A DNA stretch of 64,000 nt. Origin: Basidiobolus meristosporus CBS 931.73. Its lineage: Eukaryota; Fungi; Basidiobolomycota. Below are positions 12,849 through 24,214 of this stretch, one piece after another. A model generated the notes under the pieces. The model did no database searches and was not told the origin of the DNA. It saw only the letters and a program-made list of their open reading frames with translations. Each line of letters begins with the position of its first letter. Position 1 is the stretch's first letter. A program made the position numbers and the translations under genes. The DNA lies in assembly GCA_002104905.1 (NCBI GenBank), contig MCFE01000020.1, positions 62,001-126,000 on the forward strand, read 5' to 3'.

Positions 12849-14363
12849 TTACTGGTTCATAAATAAGTCCCTCATCTTGCCGCATGTCTCATTGGTACAG
12901 CCTGGGCAGCGAAGTGGAAATTGTGGCGAATGCAGTGTTTCCTTCTCCAAGTTCTCCTTCACCGCCTCAGCCATGGCCTCCACGAAAAATGAAGAGTCGT
13001 TAAGAGATTCGGCTCTTTTGATACCGGTAATACCCAGCTATTTTTGAAAGAAGCGATGCTGGTTAATAGCGTGGATAAGGAATGCTCGATGCAATATTCT
13101 TCTACTAACCTGCTTTGCCTCATTACAGTATTCATGATCTAATTCATATAATGTCTCGATGTGATCAGAGGTAAATGCGATAGGTACAAGCAGTACGTTC
13201 TTCTGCTTTTGCTTAGCAAGCCCTTTTAAAGCATCGTTTGTTTGCGGGCCTAACCAAGCAGAGGGCCCAACCTGAGATTGCCAAACTAACCGGTATGGAT
13301 TGCTATAGCCCAGGCTGGCCATAACCCTGTCTACAGTGGCTCCTACCTCGGCGGGATACGGGTCTCCTCGATTAACGGTGGCCATGGGCAGAGAATGGGC
13401 AGAAAATAAGATCACCACTTTATCACGCTCTTCCTCGGAATATTCATTTAGCGCCGCTTGAACCCGGTCAGTAAATGCCTTCATATACTGTTAGATTTGT
13501 GTTTCATTAGGACACCAAACAGTAACACGTACTTTGATTAATTTAGGATGAGTAGACCATCTGTCTATCAGGCTCCACTTGATGGTACCATCTGCATCTA
13601 GCGTCTGAAGTCTTCTGTATAGTTCGTTCAAATTACTACCAGTAGTAGTACACGAATACTGTGGATACTGTGTGAACGCAACCACTCTACGCACACCATC
13701 TTTTTTTATCTCTTCCAAGGCATGCTCGGTTAACGGGGCAGCATATCGAAATCCAATGTAAGATTTATGTGGGGCTTGTCAAAGTACGGGTTATTACGGA
13801 TTCTTTAAATCAAAATTCACCTCCATTCCAGTTACCTGTGTTGGGGGAAATTTTATCCAACAGTTGTTCCATAAGCCTGCCCTGCTTTTGCGTCCAGCTA
13901 CGAATTGGAGAGCCACCGCCGATGGCGCCGTATTGGCCAACGATCTTGGGGGTTCGTCGTTTTGCGATGAGTGGAGCAAGCACCGATTGGAAAGGAAGTG
14001 GAATAATATCGGAGTCCGAAAAGAGCCTAGTCAAGAAGTCCTCTACTTCGGATAATTTGGAAGGTCCACCCATGTTCATTAGTAGCACACCAGTTGCGCT
14101 ATTATGGTGAAAAAGGGTTAAGGGGATGGGCAAGTTACCACAGCTGGGTGTGACTTACGGCTTGAAGTTGTTGGTCGTAGAAGGATCCAAACTCCTTTCA
14201 CTTGGGCCATCCGTGGCTATGGAGCGAGAGAGTATAGCTTTAGCGCTGAAAGCTATGGCGAACGATTAGATAATGCTGGTAACTGAGCAGTGAAGAGATC
14301 TTTACCATTAAAGCCAGCCCTGTTTCCCAAGCTTCCACGTAGACAATTCATCAGCAGTGACAT
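12849..14363 (-). CDS. HEM15: Ferrochelatase with mitochondrial presequence
   Basis: [64 protein letters not shown] and C-terminal RCPGC..ETC. The spliced N-terminus starts [11 protein letters not shown] at 14363. Confidence 0.95.
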
Positions 14364-14817
14364 GATTTCGATGACCTAGGGATATCAGTGATGCCTCTAT
14401 ATACGAGGGAAATTTTTGTTGCTAGCCCAATAGGAGAGGAATTTGATATTTATTCACATCCCAAAAAGAAAGATCTCACATTCTCATCCAACTTGTCAGT
14501 TATGAATCGGTGCGTTAGTCATAAATCTTTGATGCGGGGAAGAGCATGATTGATGATCGCTCCGTTAGCATTGGCTATTCAGCCTGAATACATTTTTGTA
14601 AATCCGGGTGAAAGGACGTATAAATCGGGATGGATGTGTGGTAATTTAGTGAGAAATACTGTGGGGTTCCGGAGGTTCACTTCTATATTAAGTGAACCAA
14701 AAGCCGAAGTTACCGTATTTGTGATGGGCTTGGTCATTTATTGAGGACCAAGTGATTTGAGGATTAAGGTTACTTGAAGCTAGCCAAACCATCAAGATGT
14801 GGATTGATTAATCCTGC

Positions 14818-16202
14818 TTAATCCTCAAGAGATCCTGGTTCTTTCTTTTTGACTGTTTCCCAACCGAAATCTTCACCAGCCGCATCTGTAACTATCTCAC
14901 CAATACTAAGCCGTACAGGAGGGTGATGGAGCATTACGAACATTCAACAGCTCCCGATACCTTGTTATCACCTTTTGAATATGTGCCTCAAGTTTTTAGT
15001 TATATTCCTACTTTCCGTTCCAACATATAATACCCAGCTGCTGCACCCTCTTTCTCAAAGATTTGTGCCATCACACCAGTAAACGATGGCTCGGCCATAT
15101 CTTTGCTTAAGGATGGTATCAGCTTCTGGCCAAGAATGCTCTCTTACTCAGATCGCGCCATACTTCTCCCAGCAATAAGGAGAAGTTATTCATAGCGAAG
15201 GACCAAAAGTATGGGTTTGTAATGGAGCCCTAGACATCGCTTAGTTTAAAATCCCAAAACTGATAATCTTCTCTTGCAAATGCTATACAGCCACCTGGGC
15301 CAACAATCAATTGGCGAACATGGTGAGCGTTGATCTAAGAAATGCATGGCTTCATTCACTGTATGGAGGATTTCACTCACAGTGGGAACGAGATACACTC
15401 CAAATGGGATACCACCACCATTGGGGACTGGATACACGTTCATTTTGACCAGGCCGCGATACTCTGGCTTCACTTTGTAACACGTGTCACAGAATGTCAC
15501 TACTCTTGCTGCTCCAGGGTTTTCCCAGAAAGGCCACCAACACGATCTAGATAGAAGCCTGCACATGTAATGATATTCTTGCCCAGGACTTCTAGGGTAT
15601 GCCCCTTGTTGGCAGGCCCCGCGCCACTAATCTGCAAGATCCTCATTAACAATGTGTCTACTGTAAGCAGGGATTGTACTTGGCATCACTCGATGATCTG
15701 ATGTATGAGTGAATTTTTCAGCTTAGCTTGATTTCTCCTCTCCTAATGTTTTCGGAAGATTGAGTCTTGAGCCCAAAATAGGAGATACTTACCCACTCTC
15801 TTTGATCTCTTGAGATAAATACTGTACTACTAGCCCAAAGTCCACGATTCATTAATTAGGTGAATATAAGGCGGAATAGGCACGAACATTGCGAAGCTTA
15901 CTTTCCTTACCATTAACCACGTCATATTCAGCTTTGGTATTTACTGTTCTGAAAGTGTTTTCTTTCCAGAAGCCTAATAGCTTCGAGAGACCAGGCTTTT
16001 CCCCTGAGTTCTCTCCCGGTAACTTCACCCGCAGGCGGGGCTTCTCTTGGGCCGAGAATTTGCTTAATCTATGAAACCCAGCGTGACTTGTTTGTGTGTG
16101 AGCACACGCCAATGCTTTGGGTTTTAAGATTCTACTAGGTCTGGAAGCAAGCATAGCCTTGGGTTTGCGTAGATTTGTGAGAGGCCTGTAATTGCTGAAC
16201 AA
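14818..16202 (-). pseudogene. L-2-hydroxyglutarate dehydrogenase (LhgO/L2HGDH) pseudogene
   Basis: Manual translation gives AEYDVV, then NVRAYSALYSPN**IVDFGLVVQYLSQEIKESG, IITCAGFYLDRVGGLSG, VKPEYRGLVKMNVYPVP, LIVGPGGCIAFARED, GVMAQ and LLNVRNAPSPSCT. Several stops and frameshifts; the FAD-binding GxGxxG segment is missing. Confidence 0.85.
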
Positions 16203-17286
16203 TAATTCGACTTCTGAACACCTGTCAATATGTACTGAGCGTATGTCACATGCTTAAGAAGGGTGGTAAACGGCACCTGGAGCAAACGCTGTATTTAATA
16301 TCGTACCTGACTTGACAATTATCAACCCCGGATAACGACATATAGGACAGATTTGGGTTGAAGTCGGCTTAATATTCGAAAGTCCAGACCAGAACAATGG
16401 ATTTGGTGAGTGTATGAACCTGCCCATTTTTGACCTCGTTCACGTTCAAATGCCCAATTGATATTCATCTGAACCTTATCCAACAACTAGACACATACTT
16501 TGGAATTGCTTATCATTCCGACAATCGTTTTGTACAGCAGCCATCTTTGTATGATCCAATATACTGTGGGTCGAGATACGTGATAGATATATTAGCCAGT
16601 TCGAATTTCGTCCCTATCTTTACGTTCATTGAGTAGCCCTATTAATCATGAGTGCTTATACCATGTTGGTAATGTTTCCCTATTTTGTGAACTGTCAACC
16701 TAGTAAGTTGAATATTGATCTCGAAGCAGCACTAGGTGTATTCTCGCTATTGCCCCATAACCTGTAGGATATCAATGGGCCAATGGGTAAGGACGAAAAC
16801 AATACAGTGTAAACCTCCCTGCACTAATTGCGAATCAGGGGTTCACTGTATCGCACACATTATTCCTCAGGAAAGAGATCTTATACTACATATAATCTAC
16901 ACTATATCAGGCAGGACTGGCCTGGTTGATAGTTTTGTGGCAGTCACACTTGTTAACGGTGCGATTGCCAAGCACTCTATTCCAGATGTGTAATCAACCG
17001 TGAAATACTCGTATACTTTCCCAATGTGGTTTCTCCTTTGCTCCGTGAAAATACCCACGACTGATTTAACGATATCTTAATTAGATTACGTCGATGGTTG
17101 TCTCCTACACTTGGCCCTTTTGTATTTTTGGATGACCTACTGGCTGACGGTATAGATGATATTCTGCTACCATGTGTTACACTAGTAAAATGACACCACA
17201 ACTTGCCTTCTTGACTAAGTAATGGCACACCTGTGAATTGTCGTTCAGATTTCTCAGCGGCCATGAGTAATCAGCGATTTATTTCC

Positions 17287-17643
17287 TCAAAAATCGAACA
17301 CCTTGTCTGTTTTACTAACAAGGACGCACCGATTGCTGTATGTCTGTTCGAACTTGAGGCTGGCGCCTTTTACAGTGGCTGTTATCGGGTCAAATATAGT
17401 CAAACACAATTTACCATTGTCTGAGAGCTCTTCAAAGGACCCAGATGCCTTGTCAAGAGATGAACAAGCAGCGTTAGCGTGAGGATGAGTGCCCCCAACA
17501 GGATGGCAGCTTAAGGTTACTTCGGACAATTTTGGACCCCCAGTATCCAGTCCTTGGTGAATAGTGAGCGTGTAGTGTGCTTCCCTTGCTGATATTATCA
17601 AGGAACTGCTTAGAAGAGCGCAAAATACAGCATACAGCCTCAT
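17287..17643 (-). CDS. Secreted Streptomyces subtilisin inhibitor (SSI, family I16)-like protein
   Basis: Signal peptide MRLYAVFCALLSSSLIISA, then VTLSCHPVGGTHPHANAAC, CLTIFDPITATVKG, FEQTYSNRC and terminal VFDF. Four Cys in SSI spacing; intronless. Confidence 0.9.
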   Translation of the reverse strand: MRLYAVFCALLSSSLIISAREAHYTLTIHQGLDTGGPKLSEVTLSCHPVGGTHPHANAACSSLDKASGSFEELSDNGKLCLTIFDPITATVKGASLKFEQTYSNRCVLVSKTDKVFDF

Positions 17644-18014
17644 GGATACAGCCAGCACACAAACCGCGCTATTTTATAGTTTATATTTGTAGATCTTATT
17701 AGGTATTGGTGATTAGGATGTAATTCGAAAGAATTCTTTAGAAACAATTGCGATTCAACTCTGCTTAACTCATTAGGTTATAAAATCAGGTAAAATGCTG
17801 AGTATGATTAATTGTGAAGATAGGTTTGCTACTGGAGATATCACCCTCACGGATTGCCAGACCGTAGCGTGCCTTACTGGCTACTACCTTGGTGGATAAC
17901 TAACGTCATGTTTGAAGATGTATTTGGCATACTAACAGAATATATGTTACAAGTTTATGCTGCATTGTGGCTGTTATAAGTTTTATGTTTGCACCTAAAT
18001 ATCTCAGCTGACTT

Positions 18015-18365
18015 AGTTACCTAGATCCTAGCTTATGAGCTTTACTATCTCCTGCCCAAATTCTTTGTCGGGATTAACTTCAGCAACTTTCCTGTTCTGG
18101 GTACCTGTCATTTTGGTGGAAATAGTCTAAACTGCCCAAAAGCCCCCAAGCTCTGCATGTATGCACTCCGGACCTTCCTAAGCATACTATACATGATGGT
18201 TTTGTTGTTAGAGTCTTGGGTGTTTGAAGGTGGCTTGGAGAACAAGTAGATTATGGGGTACTCACAAGAGTATGTGTGCTTAGTTTGGGGGTAGTTGGAT
18301 AACTTATCAGAGTTTCATGTTCTGGGTGCTTTGGTGAAAATAATCCAAGTAAATCCCTACAAAGT
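18015..18365. repeat. Degenerate LTR fragments of the same copia LTR family
   Basis: Patches match the LTR in both orientations: caaattctttgtcgggatt and ggaccttcctaagcatact in one, TGTTG..agagtcttgg at 18203, gagaacaagtagattatg and tttcatgttctgggt in the other. Confidence 0.65.
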
Positions 18366-18452
18366 ACAAAGCTCATATGATATAAATTTAATTAACAAGA
18401 TAGTAAAATATATAGGTAACATTATGTAATACATTTTCCTAGACTTTGCAAA

Positions 18453-18780
18453 TGTTGTAAGAGTCTTGGAGATATTGGAAGTGATTGGGAGAACAAGTAG
18501 ATTATGTGGTTTTCACTTAATGATTTATTGAATGTAAAAGTAGAGTTTATACTTTTACATGATATTGGCATAACAAACACGTAGTATAGGTTTAAAAAGG
18601 TCCCAAGAACATGTGTGCAAAGTTTGGGGCTGTTTGGTCAACTTATCAAATTTTCATGTTCTGGGTAAATATTCTAAGTAAATCCCAACAAGGAATTTGG
18701 CCAGTATTCTCTAAGATTTGTAGGTAATGATCCAAGTGACCAAGGTGAATATTTAGGTGGAATTACGAATCTTTACAGCA
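18453..18780 (-). mobile_element. Solo LTR of the copia family (328 bp), TSD GCAAA
   Basis: TGTTG...CAGCA ends; closely similar to LTR 61967-62298; GCAAA on both sides (18448-18452, 18781-18785). Confidence 0.92.
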
Positions 18781-18856
18781 GCAAAAGTATAAAAACTGCC
18801 TTTGTAAGTCTCCAAGTGCAACCATACAATATATTAGTTTCTAGTAACCTCCAGGA

Positions 18857-19069
18857 TGTAAATTTTGTAATTACACCTTGTTGTCCAAACAGTCCCAAAC
18901 TTGGCACACATGCTCTTGGGACCTTTCTTAGCGTATTCTACGTGTTTATTTTGCCAAGACAATGCAAAAGTTTAAATACTACTTTTACATTCAATAAATC
19001 ATCAAGTGAAAACCACACGATCTACTTGTCCTCCCAATCACTTCCAACATCTTCAAAGCTCTTACAACA
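18857..19069 (+). mobile_element. Internally deleted solo LTR, TSD CAGGA
   Basis: Starts TGTAAATTTTG, jumps to ttgtccaaacag and ends TTACAACA. CAGGA on both sides (18852-18856, 19070-19074). Confidence 0.8.
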
Positions 19070-19369
19070 CAGGAGATTGTTTTAGACTCTAGTGTGAGTG
19101 TCTTTAGTTATCATAACTGGCTGACAATATATATTTAGAGATTACACTAAAGTTTGATTTTCAATTACCATCTCTTTGGTGTAAGTAATTAATCTACACC
19201 TAAACTACTCAAATATCTTAGGAATTTACTTAACTTATTGCTAAACTATGGATAATATACATAAGATTTAGCTTGTGGGACGTCAGCTAATTGTCAGAAT
19301 TAGTAAAGGTCTGGAAGTTATCAGGATTTTTAAGCTGATTCAAAAGCCCCCAGAACTTACGCACAGATT

Positions 19370-19525
19370 CCCAAGACCTTTCTTAAAGCATAACTATCCT
19401 TAGCTTTACAAAGTTCCCCCAAGTGTATAAGCACTTTACTCGACCTCAATAAAATACCATATGAATCTCACGCAATTCTTCTAGTTCAACAAATCACTTC
19501 CAATACTCCCTCGAATCTTGCAACA
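19370..19525 (+). repeat. Old degenerate LTR-like fragment
   Basis: cccaagacctt ... aatcacttccaatac ... ttgCAACA resembles the LTR end. Confidence 0.5.
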
Positions 19526-20671
19526 ATCTTGAGCTCTTTAGATTTGCAGAAATACTGAAATGATAATCAACACTATAGTCCCCAAATGGTATATTTATCT
19601 GTGTACTAACTTTCATAACATATTCCAGCACTTTACATAAGCTGAAGTATAATTATAGTAGTTTTACTCACAAAGCCTTTCAGTATATATAGGAAACAAT
19701 TTTATAGTTGAAGCTTTAACCTGGTTCTTATGACTAGATTTCATATATTGGTACTCGTATACTAACAATACTGAAGCCTCATAGGCCTTATATTACTGCC
19801 AAACTTGTATGTGTGGCCAAATTTAGCGAGCTTCATTTGACTAGCGTGCACGTGTAACTGTTTATTAGCCAACAATCATGTGCCAAGTCAAGAAGAATTG
19901 GCTGCGAATAAAGATCCCACATCCCTAAAAATACAATAAAAAAGTATGGCACAAAGTGATTGCTGCCTCCGGAGCTCAAACAACCTGTTTGGTATATCAT
20001 TATCCGAGCATACCCGAGTTTGGTTTGAAATTCGCGTTACTCAGCAGTATGGTGCTTCATAAGAACTCAATAAGTATTGTACAACAATGTACGTTTTATG
20101 TCGACCACCGATGGGTTATGTATATGTGTTATCGTGAAGTGAACTCAACAACTAATGGGTAACTCTCCAGACATTGAATCACCATGAGACCGAATTTAGT
20201 ATTGTTCCGTTTCATATCCAAATTCGGTAATCTTCTGGAAACTCTGCAGATGCAATACATACATACTAGCGAAGCAATATAATCTAGCAACTTGGAATAG
20301 TTTCACAATCTTTTAATTTAGAAATGTTCTAGAAGCATATCCTTGTCGAACTGAATCATGCTCCGGATAATTTACATTGAAACGTAGTTACACTAAACGT
20401 CGCGCTAATATGCGATGATCAAAGGCTTTGTCATATCAAGAGCACTTAGGGAATGGGAATGAAGCATCTATTCATGGCGCAGGGATATCCCTGATATTAC
20501 GTATTCTGTGCAAGAAAAGATCAGCTAGGTATTTCCTCGCCTATAGGAAAAACCACAACACTCATTATATGCAAGTATCATATCTTATTCGATGCAATTG
20601 AGTGTATTACACAATATATCAAGATTTATTTTCTTTGAGAACTAGACAACATGCAATCAACATGAATGGCC

Positions 20672-21589
20672 TCAGTCAATCACCTGTAAACGCCTAGCGA
20701 TAATAATCGAATTTACCACCTCGTTGTAAGGGTGAACAACCAGGACTGGTTCAAAACCAGTCAGCATTTCTGTCTCAATCTCGGGGTACAGAAGCGTTCT
20801 GAGACTATGGGCGCTACGAAGAATTAAATACGAGCCGGTCTTCATGGCTTTCCATAATTGCTTTGTTATTTTCTGTTTCTCTGCTGGTTCAAGTCCCACA
20901 AGTGCTGCTAGATACACCACATCGTGTTTCTTGAGATCCTGGATGTCCTCAACACCTTGATGATGGAATTGCATATTGTCTTGGACATCTGCCAGTTGGT
21001 TCACTAAGGCCATACTAAGCTCCAGTGCTTCTGCGTCGATATCGTAGTTGTCAATGGCAAAGTTGGCCGGATTCGAGTTGCCCTCTTGGGAGAGTAGCTC
21101 TCGTGCCAAACAAATCGAAGTTAAAGGAAGTGGCCCTGAACCTAGAAACGCAATCCTTTCAGGCGATTTCATCAAAACCGACCGGATAGCATTGAGCTCC
21201 ATCTTAACTAAAGCAACATAGTTCTGATAATATGGAAAACGTAATAGCTCCATTGTTGTATCCTTTGGACTGGCAACAATTTGCGAGGCCCATTTCACTT
21301 CCAAGCGGAATTCCCCAAGCGCACAAAGTTGGCGAAAGTGCTGGGTGATCTCGGTTATTCTCCTGTCGTGCAGAACAATCTCTAGTTCATGACGAGGCAG
21401 TGTTTTTATGCAAATGCTGACTAATTCACTAAAGGCGTCATTGATTTCAGGGCAAGGATCCAATACGGCTGCCTTAGTAAGAACTTGGTATATGGAGCAT
21501 ATGCGATCCCTAATATTTGTCGTCTCGAGGCATCCATTTTGCTGAAGAAAATCAGTTGATTCGGATGGGATGCTGGTGCGGCTAAGCAT
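20672..21589 (-). CDS. NAS: Nicotianamine synthase
   Basis: Intronless 305 aa. NAS N-terminal helix (ICSIYQ..LDPCPEINDAFSELVSIC), LCALGEFRLE, FPYYQNY..L..ME, IAFLGSGPLPLTS, SAM-binding NYDID, VVYLAALVG and LRSAHSLRTLLYP. Confidence 0.95.
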   Translation of the reverse strand: MLSRTSIPSESTDFLQQNGCLETTNIRDRICSIYQVLTKAAVLDPCPEINDAFSELVSICIKTLPRHELEIVLHDRRITEITQHFRQLCALGEFRLEVKWASQIVASPKDTTMELLRFPYYQNYVALVKMELNAIRSVLMKSPERIAFLGSGPLPLTSICLARELLSQEGNSNPANFAIDNYDIDAEALELSMALVNQLADVQDNMQFHHQGVEDIQDLKKHDVVYLAALVGLEPAEKQKITKQLWKAMKTGSYLILRSAHSLRTLLYPEIETEMLTGFEPVLVVHPYNEVVNSIIIARRLQVID

Positions 21590-22140
21590 CTCTGGCTTCA
21601 GTTAAGTAGATTGAGAAGGATGAGGATCTATTTGAGCAGGGCAAAGTATTTTATACTGTAGATGCTAAGGCCGAGCACTGACGACGCATTTATTCGTACT
21701 TAACCCGAATATAATGCGACTAATAGACTCGAGATAGAAAGTGGCCCAGTTCAAATCTGAAAGAACCTCCATGCGACATGTTCTGTTTACTCTAAGCCAA
21801 CCACAGCTTTAAATTCCACAATTGTGCGTTAGAGATCATCTATATCCTAACTACATAAGGCTGGTATCATTCAAATCGCTTAATGGGAATCGAAGCAAAC
21901 TGGGCGAATATTCCTAAACTTTGTCAAACAGCACCACACCGTCCAATAAGGTATCCAGATAACCTCGGGCACTTCAATCTTTATGCTGTACAGCGCTTAC
22001 ATCAAATGGCGGAGGGTATTGCAACACAGCCTCAGAGGGATGTATCATGTTGATGGCCGCAGCGTTTACAGTCAAGCAAAAGTAATCCGTATTTAAACTG
22101 CAACTTCGGGGCATATCTCAAGATTTAAGCCACTATCATT

Positions 22141-23836
22141 ATGTCACCCAACAGGGAAGAGGGACTCGAAATCACGCCGCTGCCAACGAAACAGCTTGTT
22201 ATCCTATGTTTGGTCAGGCTTGCTGAGCCAATAAATTACACCATTCTCTTTCCGTTCATGTATAGGGTATGTTGCAGTTGCGAAAAGTACTGATACATTT
22301 TCTAATTCAATGGAGGGGCTAGATGGTAAGATGGCTGAAAGTTGGAGAGAGTGAAGAGGATGTTGGTTCTTATGCAGGACTGGTTGCTGCTTCTTTCGCC
22401 ATTGCCCAGTTTTTCAGCGGTACAGCGGGGGCATCTCTATTGTAATACTCAGCTTTGCTGACCATTTTCGAGATGTATAGGTGTTCCCTGGGGCTGGTTA
22501 TCTGACCGTATTGGCCGAAAGCCAGTGATTTTAATGGGTTTGCTTGGGAGTACTATCGGCATCATAATGTTTGGACTGAGTCAAAGCTATGCTATGGCTA
22601 TCATCAGCCGCTCAATAGCCGGTATACTCAATGGGAACATTGGAGTCATCAAATCGTTGCTGGCGGAGATCACTGATAAAACGAATCGAGCGAAGGCATT
22701 TTCACTGCTTCCGCTTGTTTGGGGTATTGGTAGTGTTGTTGGGCCACTGCTAGGTGGCTTATTGTCAGAGCCGGCTACTCAGTATCCTTCTGTATTTGGG
22801 AACAATGCTATGATGCTGAAATTCCCTTATCTTTTACCATGTTTAGTCGGATCTTGTATCAGCTTGGCTGGATCAATATTCGGATTCTTTTTCCTCGAAG
22901 AAACTTTGGAAAGAAAAGTACTGGAGAAGAAACAAAAGCAAGTAGATCTGGAGTTGAAGACTTCTCCACAGGTTGCTGAGGAGCATAACAAAAGGGTGGA
23001 GGCAAAGGAAGAGTGGTCGACAGTTGGTGCTGAAGATGAAAAGAAAGCACTTCCCCATGGGTCAGGGCCGTCACTGCGCACTGCACTTACCACACCAGTC
23101 CAAGTAGTAGTCCTATCCTATGTATTGTTCTCTCTACAAAATGTGACATGGGATGAGCTGTACAATCTTTGGACGGCTGCACCCATCGAGCATTACGGTC
23201 TTGGTCTAAACCAAGCCAAGATCAGTATTACCTTGGCGATTGTAGGGATCTTGACGCCAGTAGTTCAACTTTTGATTTATCCGCCACTTCAAAGACGCTT
23301 TGGAGATCTCACTTGTTACCGAGTGGTGTTGTTTGTTTATATTCCATTTTACGTATTTCAACCGTTTGTTGCAGATCTTGCCAAGTACGGGGAGCAGGTC
23401 AAGGAGAGTAATGGAAGCGGCTATGACTTGGTACGAGTGGGAGTTTGGGCAGGGGTGGGGCTATGTCTTGTAACGAAAGTGATTTGCTCACCCATCTGTT
23501 TCACTGCTACATCGATACTGCTTACAGATGTGTGCAAAGATAAGGGAGCTTTGGGGACAGTGAACGGGTAAGCTTATTGCTCTGGGGGTTCCATATATTC
23601 AGGTATTTGAATCCCATGTTCTTCACTGTAGATATTCTCAAGCAGTAGTCTCTCTTACCCGAGCAGTAGGGCCAGCAATGGGCGGTGCTCTACTTACGCT
23701 ATCGATCAAATCCACGCTACCATATCCTTTGAACAATCATTTGGTTTGGAATACCTTGGCACTGATCGCCCTCGTCACCTGGGTAGAATCGTTTTGGGTT
23801 AAGGCCGTTTTGAGGAAAAAGCGCAATCTCAAGTGA
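22141..23836 (+). CDS. MFS efflux transporter, ZIF/TOM-like (DHA1-related)
   Basis: Spliced N-terminus TPLPTKQLVILCLVRLAEPINYTILFPFMYR|MVRWL..EEDVGSYAG; motif A WGWLSDRIGRKPV; GILNGNIGVIKSLLAEITDKTNRAKAFS; GPLLGGLLSEPA..YP; GALGTVNG|YSQ..SLTRAVGP. Introns 22267-22322, 22420-22481 and 23568-23631. Confidence 0.9.
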
Positions 23837-24214
23837 TTCCCAAATAAAAAACTAGATGCATGGTGATGTGAGACAATGAGAAGCTATCAAGCAGTCAACA
23901 AATAGATAAAATTACATGGATAGTTTAAGCGAATCCACGAGTCCCGAAGAGTTCTCTTCAGGGCGGTACAATTGAATTGATACAATCGTGCATGAATCAT
24001 GCCAATAGCGGCACGGGTCAGAAGACTGATTGGGTTTAATATTAGAATAAACCTGCTCCTGGTGTGTACCTGTGTAAGGTGATCTTAACCACCAGGTATC
24101 CTTATATTGGTGAGGAAAGCAAGATCCACGTCTCCAAATGTACGAAGATGGATTCTTATAAAAGGTGATGATATGCCGTCCCATCCCCCACTCCAATACT
24201 CCTGATAATCTGGT

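Noticed and set aside
16250-17280. Short ORFs between the L2HGDH pseudogene and the SSI gene
   Set aside because: No family motif or consistent splice structure found by eye.
18816-19085. Family of similar small ORFs (18816, 27371, 27611, 27825)
   Set aside because: These are chance translations of the LTR copies, not genes.
21590-22140. Iron-repressor GATA sites in the NAS/MFS promoter (AGATAG 21732, TATCCAGATAA 21952-21962, TGATAG on the minus strand near 22133)
   Set aside because: Three HGATAR hits in 550 bp is close to chance expectation, and the best site deviates from the ATCWGATAA consensus. Testable, but not supportable as a feature.
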